This document shows, piece by piece, positions 12,401-26,689 of a stretch of 64,000 nt of DNA. This DNA comes from Lama glama. Lineage: Eukaryota. Below the pieces are notes generated by a model. The model searched no databases and was not told where the DNA came from. It was given only the letters and a program-made list of their open reading frames with translations. The translations under genes and the position numbers were made by a program. Numbering within the stretch: position 1 is the first letter of the stretch; each line of letters begins with the position of its first letter. The DNA is taken from assembly GCA_028534125.1 (NCBI GenBank), contig CM052816.1, positions 57,972,001 to 58,036,000 on the forward strand, written 5' to 3'.

Positions 12401-15049
12401 TACCACTCTTGAGCACTTTAAACATTCTAGTCAGTGAGGCCAGATTTTTGTATGTAAAATATTTAGAAAATAATATATGCTGGTGTATAATCAAGAGCCA
12501 GGACAGTGAAGGGACACAGTGGGTAAGGCCATGGATTTATCTCTAATTCACCAGACTGTCCAGCCCTCCCTTTCTACTCTCTTTAGAAAAATACCTAATC
12601 TACAGTCCAACCTGGAGTCTAGAATAATCTAGGCTTTGGAGCACCCTGATGACATTCAAAAATCTGCAGTGTACTTGGATTTGTCAAGGCAAAAGTTCCC
12701 CAGATAAAAGATTCCCAGTTTAGAAGACACTCTCAAGATGTGCAGAAGTTGACAAGAGCAGTTAGGATGCCTCTCACAGTGTGAGAAGGAATACACAAAG
12801 GGCAGCACTGAGAAAGCTCCACTCCCACTGGAAATGCCCAGAACCAGTGGACCTGGGGAACAGAGGTCCCGTGAACAAGCAGCAGCTCCCCCGTGCCCCA
12901 AGCCTGGCCACAGAGGGCGGTACGACTGTTCACCTGCAGCCTGTGATACATGCACCCTTCCAGCTGCGAGGGGCCCTGTGCTTATCTATTCAGGAAACCC
13001 CAGCTGGCAAAGTTCACGAGCTCCCTGGACAGGATGCTGGGCACAGCTGAAACCACGAGGCTCACTGCTCCTTCACGTCCCTCTGACTCTCGCCTGCCCG
13101 TGGCCATCTGTATCAGCCACATTAACTCCAAATTGTCAAACCTCCCTTCATGTTGTAGAGACACTACCTCTGTGTCTGTTTACAAATAGATAAAGTTGTT
13201 AACAGCAAACTGGAATGGGACCAAAACTATTCGATCAGTCCAAAAATATGTCAGCCTAACATACACTTTGGAGGAAAGTCATGCAGTCTGTGTGGCATTC
13301 ATTACACGTGGGCCCTGAGCGGGGCCATCCCTGTTCCTTGGCCCGAAATCCTGTCCCCTCTGCTCATGAGAACACTCCGTGTACACACAGTTTCTCGAGA
13401 ACTCCACTGTGACAGATACACCAGAGTGAGTGAGGAATAGGCGACAAGTAATAAAGAAAATGAATCCCACAGTGGAAAATACAAGCAAAATAATAAAAGT
13501 AATAATAATTCCACACCAATATGCTTGTTTTGTTTTTGCTTTTGCTCAACATATGAGAGATTTGCCAAGTGTTTTAATCAAGAACTGCTTCCAACTATAG
13601 TTCCAACTGCAGGTTTTAGTCAGAATTGGTGTTTTGAACGTCAACTAAGGAAGAGATTTTTTTTAATGGACATCGTAAAAGCAATAGCTTTGGGCGGGAG
13701 TCTGGGCGGCGCGCTGCCCACAGCTGACAGCTGGAGATGTTCTGGGCATTTCCATTCTCATTTGTTATTCAAAGTCAACCTGTGGTCTCTAAACCCAGGG
13801 TAAAGGATGCCCTTGCTCCCATGTTTAATGACCAGCAGAAGGGAACCCTAGGAATGAAGATGGGAAAGTAAACTGATTCTGACATTTTCAAGGGTTTATG
13901 TTCTAGTTCCTATCTTATTTATCCTCCACCACCACCACCACCCAAAGCCACATACCACCCCACTGCGTGTGGTCCCGCCCGGATTCAGTGCCAACCCACC
14001 CTCAAATCACCACCACATCAGCTCTAAGGCCTCAATTCTACTTGTCTTCGCTTCACTTTTATGTGAGACTATAATGGAAGATTGGTACCCATAGAAATGG
14101 CAAAACACTATTGCTTCTAACAAATACTTCCTGATGTTAGCCAATTAAAAAGCCTCAGACCTTCACATGATTAAATTTCAGTGAGTGATTCCTGTCAACT
14201 GTGCTCCCTGCATCTCTGGGACAGAGTTTCCAGCGGGGATGATGGTGTGGGTTTGGCACACCCATGCTCCCAGCCCCTCCCTCCCGTGAGACTCGGATGG
14301 TGGGCAGCACAGCCCGTTGCCACATAACAAAGAGGACATGTGGCTTCATGTGTGTCAACAGGATGGGAAGAAAGACAAATCGGTGCGAGAAATACAAGGA
14401 AACTGAGCAAACACTGGTCTTTCGTCTGGTCAGAGTGCAGAGAACCAGATTCCAACACAGCCACAGCGCAATATCCTGACTGAATTTTGTTTTCTTATAC
14501 TCACTCTGGGATCCTAGACAGGCTTTCTTCTCAGACTTCAGATGGCCTGGATTTCCCTGTGGCTCCTTTGGTGGAACCACATTGCTACTTCCTGTCACAG
14601 TAGGCCAGCCAGGGCCTGGGGCCACACTGCAGCCTCACTGCTCTCAAAGGCCTACCTGTACACTCTTCTCACTTGAAATGGTATTTTTCAACAAAAGCTG
14701 TATTTCTTTTTTTAAAGAACCTCATTTATTTTTCAAGAAACGTCTTCAAAAATTACATGGGGTTTTCCAGACACTTTCTTTTTTTCTGCCATTTTTTCCC
14801 TCACAGACCAGCAGGGTGGGAAGAGGAGACAACAGGGTTAGACCCCTGGGTTTTGTAGAAAAAATAAATTCTCATTTTAAGAAGTGAGAGACTGATGGCT
14901 TAAATGTGTCACTCCACTCCTGGAGGAAAAAAGAAAATCTGGCTTCTATGTACATAAAACAGATAAGAGAATCTACCACAGATAGGATAACCTACATGCA
15001 CACCTGCTAGAATGCTGTTCTGATTTGTACCTTTAAAAAGAACCACCCT

Positions 15050-15330
15050 CTAAATGCACTGTGGAGTTCTGCATTGTGAAAGAACATTGATGGAGAAAGT
15101 GGGGAGATTCCAGCACAAGCAGTGGCTCCTTTAACAGCACTCTACCAATGCTAATTCGTTAGTTTTGATAAAGTACCATGGTTACACAACTTGTTAACAT
15201 TAGGAGAAGCTGGGTGATGGGTTTACAGGGACTCTCTGTACTATCTTTGCATAAATCCAAAATTATTTAAAATTCTGTGTATCTAAAATCTAAAAGTTTT
15301 CTGTAAAGCTAAAGTTATTCAAAATAAACA
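15050..15330 (+). mobile_element. Old L1M (L1MC/L1ME-type) 3'UTR fragment
   Basis: ttgttaacattaggagaagctgggtgatgggtttacagggactctctgtactatctttgc is typical of L1M 3' ends. Confidence 0.7.
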
Positions 15331-17204
15331 TCAGAAGTGATTTAAAATATGCTCAGTCCAGACAGAGTGGTTATTTCCTACCCGAAAACAAGAGGAGGAG
15401 TTGTGTCAACCACGGAGGGACAGAGCCAGGAAGGGCCCTGGGGTCGGGCCAGCCCAGCTCTGCTGGTCAGGGAGCCCACCTACACAAAAAGCAAGACCAC
15501 ACCCCTTTCAGTCTCAGAGAGATGGTTTTTCTAAACCTTTAACCAATCTTTAAAGTAAATGCATGCCCACTGTGGACAGTCCGGATACCACAAATGAAGC
15601 TAGCATTCCCCTATGCTCACCTTCCCCAGAAACAATCATTACTGTTCATCCTTACCTATACTTCCTTTCATTTCTACACACAGTTTTTACATAGTTGAAG
15701 GCATACTGGAAACAAAGATTTGTGGTCCTGCTTCCTTCACTTTACTTTCTTTCATAATCAACATCCAACATGAATCCAAAGCTTTGCAAACACAGGTTTA
15801 ATGGCTGCCCACAAACTTCATTGGGCACCAGCTCCACAGTTCACCTAACCACACGCCCACTGCTGCATCGGGGTGCATCAGAGTGCATAAGAGCTGTGGA
15901 CGTTCGATTAGTACCATAGGGATGGCTCAAGGGAAAAAAATAATCCTGTACAGTTCTCTCTGGGTTTAAGTTACTCCTCACCGGTAAAATAGGCAGCACA
16001 AGTTGTTCCAGAATGTTTGGGTCCATTTTGGTTTTGTGGTCAGTTATTGCTGCTTAGAATAAAATGCCAGTGACCACCAGAGAAAAATCTCAGACCACGA
16101 GAAAAGAAAATGCAAATTAAGTACCCTGTGCAGTACTGGTATAAAATCGTAAAAGGATTCTGAATGAGTAATTAGTGAATAATAAGATAAAAATAGCAGG
16201 CATCAAGACCTAGAAAACTAGTAGTGTTTCAAATGAGCCAGTCTGCTTGTGTTGCACACTAAGTCAACACACTCATTTTTGTAAAAAACAAAACAAAAAA
16301 CTAAGAATAAATATTAGCCAAATTTTAAGAAAATGGGTGAAAATCTAGGTATGCAAAAGATGCAAATATGGACGAGGCCGAGCTCCTACTGGAGAAAATG
16401 GGATCCCATGTGATATATCCTCTCAGACACACACACGTAGACACAGAGCCAAATCCTAAAATAAACTTAATCCTGCCAAGATCTCCCTCCCCATGGTTCA
16501 CTCAAGCAGCTACATCGATATTCAGGGAAAAGAACAACATACATCAAGAAGTTGGTTTTGAGGAATAAATTTAAATTCTTATTTTTGAATCTCATGTGTC
16601 CCACTTCCTCCCTCCTGGCTACAGGGTATATGTAGAACTGTAAGAGAAAAAAATCTTCCTTTTCCTCCCCACCTCCTGCCCCTACCCCAACCCCACTTTC
16701 TCTTCCAACCCACTTGTCTCCATGGTTCTCAATAAAAGTTCAGGGGAGTGACAGAAGAGGACAGAACCATCCCATGAAGCAAACCAATGCTGTCCAGAGG
16801 GCGTCCTGGGAGACTTTCAACAATCGTTTTGGAAAATCAAGTTCTCCAATCTTAGGAAGCTGGACTAGAGTCACACTACTGAGCTAACAATCTTTTCCAA
16901 CAAAGGCAACAAATAACCAAAAACTTCTTGTCAAATGCAGTGTTCATTAGATTTATGTTGAGAGTATACAGAGAAATAAATGTCTATTTTGAAAAAATTA
17001 GATTTCTCTGACCACCTCTCCTAAGTCTCAACAGGTTTTACTAGTACATTTTTTCCAAGAAGGGATAAATCATTTGGCTGGAAATAGGAAATTTCTTCCT
17101 TGTTAGTCAGGAGGAGTGATGCTTAAGACCTCACAAGTCTTGAGATGCTTACTTTCTAAAGTCTAGACAGAGCGGTAAACTGTTGGAATTTACAAGAGAA
17201 TATG

Positions 17205-17420
17205 CATTCAAAAAAACACCTAATGAGTACCTACTATGTGCCACGCACTGTGCTGGATGCTGGTGCAGACAGTGGGAAATCAGACACGGTCTCTGCCCGG
17301 ATGGAGATTAAGACGTTAAGCAGATGATCACGTACACAATCACAAGGTGCAGGGTGCTGTGAGGATGCATGTTAGGGGAGCCCAAGGTAATGTGTGTGTC
17401 AGGGAAGGCTGGGTCCTGAA
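17205..17420 (-). mobile_element. L2 3' end
   Basis: cattcaa...tgagtacctactatgtgccacgcactgtgctggatgctgg...agacacggtctctgccc is a reverse-complemented L2 tail. Confidence 0.75.
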
Positions 17421-17761
17421 GAGTGAGCAGGAGTTCTCAGCCAGGGGGAGATGGGCGGAAGAGCTTCAGTAAATTCAAAGACCAGCCTGGACATTCTAAT
17501 GTTCCAGTTTGGAGATCACAGGACCAAGGACAGGACAAAGGCACTGTCAGCTCCTGACCCTTGGATCTCAGCACAACACTGGCTGCTGCTTTGTACTCGA
17601 GAAGCTCCTTTGGAACACAGTCCAAACCCATGAGCTGGCTGATTTTAAAGAGCACTATGCAGTCTTCCCTCCATCGCTACAAACACCCCTCTCCTCTCTT
17701 CTCCCGTTTCCTTTCCCACCTCAACAACTCCTGTGTGTGTGCTCAGTGGATCCCATGTCCT

Positions 17762-17930
17762 GGAGCAACGGTTCTCGGAGCAACAGAACCATCTGGTGAG
17801 CTTGTTCAAAATGCAGATTCCTGGGTCCCCCTCCTGCCCTCCAATTCAGCAGCCCTGGGATGAGACTGGGACTCTGGAGATTCAGTACACACATCCGTTC
17901 CCCTGCCAAGTGATCCTGATGAAAGTCTTA
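17762..17930. mobile_element. MER5A-like DNA transposon relic
   Basis: agaaccatctggtgagcttgttcaaaatgcagattcctgggtcccc matches the MER5A motif. Confidence 0.7.
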
Positions 17931-18932
17931 GCTCTTCAGGTCTTTATACAATTAATCTGAAAAGGAGAATACTCAAAACAAGCAGGGTAACATTGAGGGC
18001 AGGTGGCCGATTCCTTAAATGGTGCTGGCAGAGACCACCCTGCGTGTGTGCCCTTCTTTTCCAAGTCTCCACTGGTCTCCATGAACAGAGGGGCGGAGGG
18101 GGTGTCTTTTGAATCCCCTGGGGACTGGAAGGAGACAATGCTTTAAGGAGCCCTGTGCAGCTTGTGCGTGAAATGAAAAATTCCACAGAATAAAGTTTCA
18201 GAAGTGTCTTAACTAAGCTGGATATGTTCTTTGGTTCCAGAGGAGCATTGGAAAAAATGTTTTAGGAAATAAGCATCTTATAAGATAATTCCTCTTTTAA
18301 AAATCTTCATATCACTCATAACTGCTATGAAATTTATTTATAATTAACAAGGATCATTAAAATTGTTCTTATATTTAGGGTAACTTACCATTTCCCTAAC
18401 TTGGGTGATTGTCCCTACTCTGTACCCAAAAGAGGTTTTGGAATCCACTGTCCTAAACTTCACTTTGCAGAGACTCCTTTTCATTCTCACATTAACTTTT
18501 CATTTGGGTCCAGTGACAAGGCTTTGTCTTTCAGTCCATAAATCTGTCAATGTAGACAGCAAACTGGGTCCTCCTCTGGTCCACTTTGTAGTCAGCAAGG
18601 TCTCCCAGGCAACAGTCACCAACCCTAGTCCATCCAATAGTCACCAATCTTCTCCCTTGACATCTCTCCCAAGTCCTCCCCTCCCAGCTGGCCACCCCCA
18701 CCCACCCCACCACTGATCTTCTGACCGTGGTAGGAGAAGATGGGCAGTCCAGAGAGGGGGGCATGTGAACACTGGCCAATTCATCACTCAACGGGGTGTC
18801 TGTCCTCTGTGGGCCTCACCCCGGGCTCTGGGCTTCCACAAACTGAGCCTAGCTCTCCCTCCCAGACTTCTCTTTCTTTTTTAAACACTAAAAGGGATTC
18901 TTCCAGCAATTCAACTAACCTGGACTATAAAT

Positions 18933-19003
18933 AGCCGTAGGGCAAGTGAAAATGCACAGGTGTTCTTCAAGCCATAGGGCAAGTGAAAATGCACAGGTGT
19001 TCT
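18933..19003. repeat. Tandem duplication, period 37, two 34-nt copies with 1 mismatch
   Basis: agccgtagggcaagtgaaaatgcacaggtgttct (18933) and agccatagggcaagtgaaaatgcacaggtgttct (18970). Confidence 0.95.
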
Positions 19004-19369
19004 CCCAGTGACAAAAGACAGGCCTTTCTAATACAGCTTTACTAAGAAAGGTGACAGCAGTGTTGATTCTAGGCTTTGCTGATTTTTTTAAAGAGGATTT
19101 TAATAAAATATATTCTTCCATCAGCTACGTATGAGAGCATCTTTTTGCAAGTCTGATTACCAGTTAGGCTCTGCTTTTAAAAAAAGGTTTTAGGTGCCCA
19201 AGAAAGGGATCAATGCTGCATGTCAAAGGCATGTACTTCCTGTACTTGGAATCTATCTGCCCCAGACTTGTAAGGTGCTCAGAGTCACCGCCTTGGGATG
19301 CAGGAGTTCTTTACCTAGAGAACTCTTTCCACTGGTATTCAAAGGTTTTCAGAATTGAGGAGTGGGCCC

Positions 19370-19602
19370 TGGTATTAGTACTGGAGTTTTAGTCCCATCT
19401 TCACTACTCACTGGCTGTGTGACCTTGAGCAGGCTATTTAACCACTCTGTGTCTCTGTTTCCCCACAGTTAAATGAGGATAAATAGTATCTCCCTCTTGG
19501 GAAATTGTGGGGATTACATCAGTTAATGGATGTAACATGCTTAGAACCGTGCCTGGCACAGGGTGAGAATTCAGCAAATGTTTGCTATTATTATTATTAT
19601 TA
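19370..19602 (+). mobile_element. MIR SINE with (TAT)n tail
   Basis: ggctgtgtgaccttgagcagg...ctctgtgtctctgtttcccc...gcttagaaccgtgcctggcaca...tattattattattatta. Confidence 0.85.
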
Positions 19603-19624
19603 CAAACTCATCAAGAACCAGGAG

Positions 19625-19850
19625 CAGGGAGGGATAAATTAGAAGTACGATATTAACAGATACACACTACCATATACAAAACAGATAGACAGCAAGATCC
19701 TGCTTTATAGCACAGGGAACTATATTCAGTATGTTATAAAAATTATAATGGAAAAGAATGCAAAAAAAGTGTATATGTACCGAATCACTTTGTTGTACAC
19801 CTAAAACTCACACAATATTGTAAATCAACTGTGTTTCAATTTAAAAAAAA
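19625..19850 (+). mobile_element. Short LINE-1 3'UTR fragment with A tail
   Basis: Aligns by eye to ~948-1185 of the first L1 (gggagggataaattag...taacagatacacactac...tatagcacagggaac...). Confidence 0.9.
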
Positions 19851-20630
19851 GAATGAAGCACAAAGCAGGCTGGTTTCATGGAGGAAGAACAAACACAGAC
19901 TGAAAGCCACTAGCTCTGTCTGACAAAGGCAAGGATTCTTCCCTAGAATATGATTCACCACAGAAATCCCTAGAAAGGTGGCCTGCCTCAAATTATTTTT
20001 AGATTTAATGAAAAAAGCAATCTAGTCCAAATGAGATGAGCCGGATGACTGTGAGATCCAGCCCTGGGGCACTGTTCAGATTTTTGGTTTTGGTGTCACT
20101 CGGGGCTGAAATAAATTGATTTAAATGAGTTAATGAAAAATTCAGTCTCCCTCTTTGCAACTGGTATAGCAAGGGTTTCTGAAACAGCTCAACTGAACAA
20201 GCTCCCTTCATATAAATGAGACTCCTTCAAAAAGAGTGTACATTTCACTTACATAGCTTTTCCCAAATCACTCCCAGTGAGTCCTTGATTTGATCCATCT
20301 CTTTATTCAGATTCTGACTCTCTGTCAGGATGCCTAGCAAACTGCCCACATTTCTGGGTTTAGCTTTACTTCCAAATGGAATTTAAGGGATGTGGCTGGT
20401 CGTTCCGTACTGGATCCATGTGGAACAAAATATCATGCTTCATGCATAATAAATAAATGAGATTTCTAAAACAATAGGGAAGAATGTATCTGAGATCTAG
20501 AGCAAGACCCTCTAAGTGCCCCCTGGGCATTATCATAGTTAGCCAGTGATTTAAGACAACTCAATTTCTCACCATTACTGCCTTGTGCCTTAAGGAAATC
20601 CACCAGCACTTCACTGATTCTTGAAGGAGA

Positions 20631-20678
20631 TGCTTGGAGTCTGAATGGAATATCTGCTTGGAATCTGAATGGAATATC
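20631..20678. repeat. Tandem duplication, 2 x 24 nt with 1 mismatch
   Basis: tgcttggagtctgaatggaatatc followed by tgcttggaatctgaatggaatatc. Confidence 0.95.
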
Positions 20679-21819
20679 GTAGGTGAAATTAGGCCACTTC
20701 TGAGTTGTGCAACATTCCCTTCAAAATCTTGCTGATTATGCAAACACTGAATAATTACACTGATTCGTGCATTATACTCCATCAGAATGACAAAGCATTC
20801 ACACTGGCACCCCATTTCACTTTGCTAATGAAAAACAGCAAGCTTTTAAGACCACCATCCATCAAGAGAAAAAGAACTCATTCAGAGTAATGACAGGTGC
20901 ACAATGGAAACAGGATTTTTTTTTTTAAGTACGTGGGCTGTTGCCAAAGATTAAAATCATTCTGTGATTAATATCACTCTCTTTCTTTGTGTTCCTCTGA
21001 GGTTTAGTATTTTCTTTCAGCAGAGAAAATAAAGAAGTTGGTTGCAAGAGTTCCCTAATTCCCCGGAGGACCTTTCCATAATTTCAGACTGTGCTGATGA
21101 ACATTTTCCACCAGGGTTGCAATCATTTTCTCTAGAGGCCAATGCCCTCCGCTTCAAGAGTCCAGTGGGTAAATCTCCACAAAGGTAGTTCTCAGCAAAT
21201 ACTAATAAATGGAGCTGAGGAGGGAGTTTGTCCCAGACAGGGTCCCCCACAGCTGTACAGAATGTGAGCTGCACCAACACAGACAGTAATTCACAGGCAG
21301 CACCAGAGACAGGCAGGGACGGGGCCCTCCCCTAAAATCACGCACAGGGGCCAACAGTCTTCGGCCACTCAGATGGTCAAGAGGAAAGAGGGATCTGTGT
21401 TTCAGTTGTAAGAAGGAATGTATTCTAGGACCTCTCCCACACAGCCTCTTCTCGCTAGACGACTTCCCAGAAGCATTACTTGGCTCATCTGCCCCCAGTA
21501 CCCTCAAAGGCACCGTCTGAAAGATCCAAGCACGTCATGTGTTCATTTGTTTTTTATCCAGCAGTCTCCACTATCAGATATTCAAGCTAGAATCCAGTAA
21601 AAAAGGAAAAAAAGAAATAAAGCCCCTAAACAGATACCACTAAGTCAAAGCACCAAAGCTCAAAGACTTTATTCCAGGGAAATCCCTCAAGGTTTATCAC
21701 ATCAGATCAAGTCTTCCTCTCTTTTTCCTCCTTTAGCTGTGAGGTCTAACAGGCTTAGCTGCTGGATTTTTAATCTATTGCAGATTCAAAAGAACAAAGT
21801 AGAAGGAAGAAGCTGAAGA

Positions 21820-22252
21820 GTGTTCTCCCAAAATTCATGTCCACCTGGAACCTCAGAATGTGACCTTATCTGGAAATAGGGTCTTTGCAGATAAAATTAG
21901 TTATGATGAGACGGTATCAGTTAGGGTGGGTGGGTCCTAATTCAATGACCGACGTCCTTGTAAGAAGAGAAAACAGAGACAGAGACACAGGGAGAACACA
22001 CCATGTGCTGACAGAGGCAGAGACTGAAGTGACCTGTCCGCAAGCCCAGGAACTCCCAAGGATGGCCAGCAACCACAAGAAGCTACGAGCAAGCGTGCAA
22101 CAGGCCCTCCCTGAGAGCCTCCGGAAACAACCAGCCTAGCCGACACCTCAATTTCAGACTTCTGGCCTACAGAAGTGTGAAAGAGTTAAGTTTCTGTCAT
22201 TAAAAGCCACCTAGTTGTGATCCTTCATTAGGGCAGCCCTAGCAAACCAACA
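21820..22252 (+). mobile_element. MaLR solo LTR (MLT1B/C-like)
   Basis: cccaaaattcatgtccacctggaacctcagaatgtgaccttatctggaaatagggtctttgcagat ... aagccacctagttgtg...gcagccctagcaaaccaaca. Confidence 0.88.
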
Positions 22253-25200
22253 TGGATGGGTAATTACAAACAACTGAAGGTGATTTAGAAAGAAGCAACC
22301 TCTAGCACGACACCAAGGGAGGGGACCAAGATGGAGATGTTTTCTAACAGACTACGAACTAAAAAACCATAGCCGGGACCGTTTTGTGTGATGGCAAACC
22401 AACAAACAGGTCCTCTCCAATAGGATGCTGAAGGCATAGTGACATAATTCAAGTGTGGACATTCATAATGATCACCTTGACTTGGTTTTTAAACGGCTGG
22501 ATTCCGTTCATGGTGTTCAAACAAGGCCTCACTGCACTGCCTCACCCCACTGTCCTAAAAAGGAAACGTATTTGTTTGCCCTGAACATTCTCTTTTATAT
22601 ATAGCATCTCAACAAGGCAGGGTATTCTATTACTAAATTCTCAGCACTGATAAATTTCATATTTTCTTTTCTGGGAATCCTGGTCAAACTATACAATTTA
22701 TTGATAGTAAATATAAAGATTTCCTGAACTTAGTTAATAGTTGTGTCTTTCTACAGAAACTGCACACATGCACACCCCACTTAAGAACACAGCAGAAGGA
22801 TCCTTTATTAGAACTCCAATATACTGACTCCTAGACAAATTTTTCACTATGGATTTTACACAAGAACATGAACATCTTATTTCTGAAGGGTGAACTGTGC
22901 AGTCGAACTTAGAATGATTATATCTTTTCTTCAAATCACTTAAAAACTCTATGCCTCAATCTACCCACCCACCTCAATTTATTAACTAAGAAAAAATAAA
23001 TAAAAATTGGAAGTTAAAAGTATTTAAATATAGATTACAGCCCATATAAAAGTGGCCCATAACAGTTTTGATTTAGGCTGACTTTTTTGCCCAAACACCA
23101 TGTGCTGAAGTCAGTTTACTGGGGGTGTTCTGCTTGTTGGTCTGTTTTCATTGAACTTTATGCTGGAAATTTTCTCTTGTCCCACTTGGCGAGTACTTTT
23201 TTTTTCTATGAGAAATCTCTTTTCCTTATTTCAAGTCTCTTTGACTTGAAAATCCCTGTCTCCTCAAATCATCTTTGAAAATTAGAAGTGTACAGCTTTC
23301 CTTAACTACTTTTTAAATGACACGTTTAAGGTTGGATATTCTATGTTTCTATGTCATTATTTCTCAATTAGCTCCAACATCCTGGCTTAGAAAGGCCTAG
23401 GTATAGTTCCCCACTCTAGGTACAGATGACCCGGCCATCACAGGTTCATACCTGTGTTAAAGGACGTGGAGACGTTTTACAGAAAGCCTGGCCCTGCTTC
23501 TCACCTAGTGAAAGGAGGTGGATGTGAAAAGGCAGGCCCCACTGGCCAAGCTCCGTATCACAATCCCATCTGCATCCTAAGCAGCGCCCAGACCCCAATC
23601 CTGCAGACAGACCTTAATCACTCCTCTTCACCTTGGCTTTAGGAGAGCTCCGATTGGCTCTGCACCCCCAGTCAACCGAGGGGAGGCAGGAGGGCTGGGG
23701 GCCCACGGTGGGCACAGGGAGAGTGGCCCAGCCCCTAAGCTGGTCCCCCAGTGCTGTCATTCACTCCTCTGGGCACAGAGCCAGAGTGGAGAGGGTCAGC
23801 AAATTGTCGCTGGTTAAGGCCCCACATGTCTCCTTTGCTTTTTGCCCTGTCAGCATTTTAAGATTTAGGACCAGGGGCTGCGTTCCAGAAATAATAAAAA
23901 CCACCCATTTGCACAAACACGTGGCAGGATTTTATGGCCTCACAGCCTCTCTGCAGCCCGCGCTGGGAGGCACGGGCAGACAGTGTCTCATGAGGGAGGG
24001 CTTCCTTGGTCTAAAGCATTCAAGATGCGGGGAAGGTCGGCCAGAACCAGTGCAAATGATGGATTTGCTGTCGCCCCCACGGTAATCCAGAATTAGGGTG
24101 GAACGGATTGGAAAGGGTATTTTTTCTTCTTTTTTAACCGAGCCTCTTAGTAATATGATATCATTGCCTCGCCGTAGGCTTTTCTTTCTTTTCTCTCTTT
24201 CTTTTTTAAAGCTGTGATCCTCTTACAAACCAAACATAAAATAGAGTCTCAGAACCTCTCCATATAAGGAATTTCAGACAGACTGATTCTACACAATGTT
24301 TCTTGGGCTCAATGGAGAAAGTCATTCTAGGGCACTTTCAAGCTTTCTGAGTCATACGATACAGGGGACTGAGGGGGTGGCTCACACAGGAAAAGAGCTT
24401 AACCTTTCCAAGCTCCAGGCTGGCCACGAGTGGGAAAGGTCACACTGACTACTGGTCCCTGTTCTATGTGTTAATGATTTCAAGAGACTCATTCGGCTCG
24501 TAGACAGGGTTGCCCGGCACAAAGGCTCTGAATTCAGGTCTTTTCATCTACTTCTAACTGGGCATCAGAGGTCATTAAAAACCTGCTGAAGAAATTAAAG
24601 ACTACCAAGTCCTGTTCAAGGACCTCCAACCGCTTAAATCCTGGAGCACTGGATGACAACTGTTCAGCCTTGCCGGCCATGCTCTAAGGTATGTCATGGT
24701 CACCAGTGCCACTATCAAGTCAAAGTCAGGAAAGAGGGGAAGAGAGAAAAGATGGGAGAAAACAAGGAAAGAAGCTGGAAGGCAGAAGAGCAAAGTGCAG
24801 GAATGCAGCTCAAGGAGCTACACGTTGGTAGTGGAGCTCTGGGGTGCAGGGTGCTCCTCCCTATGCTGGCCTGGGTGATGCTCCAGGAGACACAGACACC
24901 AGAAAAAGCACATGATGTCCAAGGCATCCCCAGTAAGCGAGTGGTCCAGAAGGTGGGCGGGAGGCAGACAGTACACCCTTCCCACCCCCAGGAGTTGCTG
25001 CCTAGAACTGGTTTATTGTGGGGTCATCTTTTCAATCACAAGGACCCATACACTGAGATTGGGATTGAGACAAAAAGAGAGAAAAGAACCAAATGGACAC
25101 CAGAAACAAAACCAGGTCCACTTAGATCTTGGCCCTGTTATTTTCCCTAGTTTTCTAAAGTTGATGGTGATTCCATTCCCCTGCATAGGTGGAAAGTGAT

Positions 25201-25461
25201 TACTTTCGTAAGCACAATTTCACCTCTCTTCAGGTGCATTCTCCTTATCTGAAAATTACTGGGCATGTGCAAATCTCCTCTTTAACACGTTCTCCCTACA
25301 TTATTTGTGTCCCTGTTTCTGTCACAAGGAGCTTAATACAGAAAGAATCTATTTTCCTTCTCTATTTCTCTGCAAAGAAATTTGTAAGTGATGTTTAATA
25401 GTTCCCAAGGATATTTAACAGTTTTTCTCTCCAAAAGGTGTACCTCTTCACAAAGCTCTAT

Positions 25462-25710
25462 AACAGGGTTCTTCAAAATGAAGTTTGCAATACTTCAGTG
25501 TGGCAGGGTGGAAATCAAATTAGTCACGACCAATATTTTTTAATGGAATAGAATAAAACAGAAGAGAAAATATCCTAACACGTTGCAGACAGGAAGGACA
25601 GGTATTGTCTTGTGAGAATTCTGTTTCAATTTTATACATATGCATGGGTCACGTTTTCTTTTTTATACTGTGGGTTTTAAGATAAAAGAACTTTTTAAAA
25701 CATTCCTATA
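25462..25710. mobile_element. Probable hAT-type MER DNA transposon relic
   Basis: cagggttcttcaaa start, internal gtcacgacca...aatagaata and gggtcacg motifs. Family assigned from recall only. Confidence 0.45.
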
Positions 25711-26196
25711 TAATGTATCTCTGAATAGAAGTTGTCTTTGGGTTAAACAATAAAATTCTCTCAACTGGGCCGTCCTTAGGTATCAGTGTTCTGGATACAA
25801 ACCCCGCTGCCCCTCAAGTCTCGATTCTAAAACCACCTCTACACTGCTGGGATGAAAATTTAACTTGATGATAATTGTAAACTTGAATTTTTATATAACA
25901 AAAAAATAAATCATTGAAGTACTCCAGATTTGCTCATATTCTGTGATATATCTCTGCTTTCATTTTGTGATCTGAGGGAGAATTAAACTGCCTTTCTTAC
26001 CCTCAACGGCAGTCCTTCTCAAGGATTTATATCTTGGTAACTGTTTCAAAAATGACAGGACCAGGATTACATCAGACACATCTGATCCAAGGGTGTGACC
26101 CCAAAGGGGCCTCGATCTGCCTCAGCACTGGCCAGACACCACAAAAGACTCACCGCTCATCTTATGAGGCTCAAAACTGTATCAGATGCCAAATTG

Positions 26197-26201
26197 CAAA
26201 A

Positions 26202-26234
<33 letters not shown>

Positions 26235-26240
26235 AGAATA
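26197..26240 (+). repeat. Poly(A) run followed by (GAAAA)-like units
   Basis: A run of ~23 nt then gaaagaaaagaaaaagaataa. Confidence 0.9.
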
Positions 26241-26264
26241 AACATCCAGCTCTCAAAGAAAAAC

Positions 26265-26380
26265 TCAAAAGTCCAGAAAGCTTGGTGACTTGCCCAAGGT
26301 TAAGTACAAAATGTATTAGCAGTGGAGCCAGCCAGATAGAGAACCCAGGCTTCCAGGTCCCAGCCCCAGGGTGATGCACC
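26265..26380 (-). mobile_element. MIR fragment
   Basis: ggtgacttgcccaaggtt...ttagcagtggagcca...gaacccaggcttcc. Confidence 0.65.
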
Positions 26381-26689
26381 TTGATAAAGATTAAATATGG
26401 AGACGCAGGCTGACCCTGGAGGTTACCAGCACTGGAGATTGGCTGTTTTATGTATTTACTCTAACCTCAAACTGACATCTGTGGCTTTTCGTACCATGTC
26501 ATTATTCCACTACATACGAGTTTGAGGTTTCCGAGGTTAGTGTCCGTAAGAGCTTTCCATCCTCTGACTCAAATGAGCTTTATTTTCCCCAGACATATAA
26601 CTTACTATTGAATCTCATTTCCATGAGAATCACAAAAGCAATAGGGATTCATGTCTCCAATAAGAGGCTTACCACTTTTGAAAATGCTT

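Noticed and set aside
12905..12922. TGGCCACAGAGGGCGG as a CTCF site
   Set aside because: One base short of the fixed-spacing core, so a weak match.
18933..20678. Short direct repeats as a CRISPR-like array
   Set aside because: Only two adjacent copies each with no spacers, in a mammalian intron.
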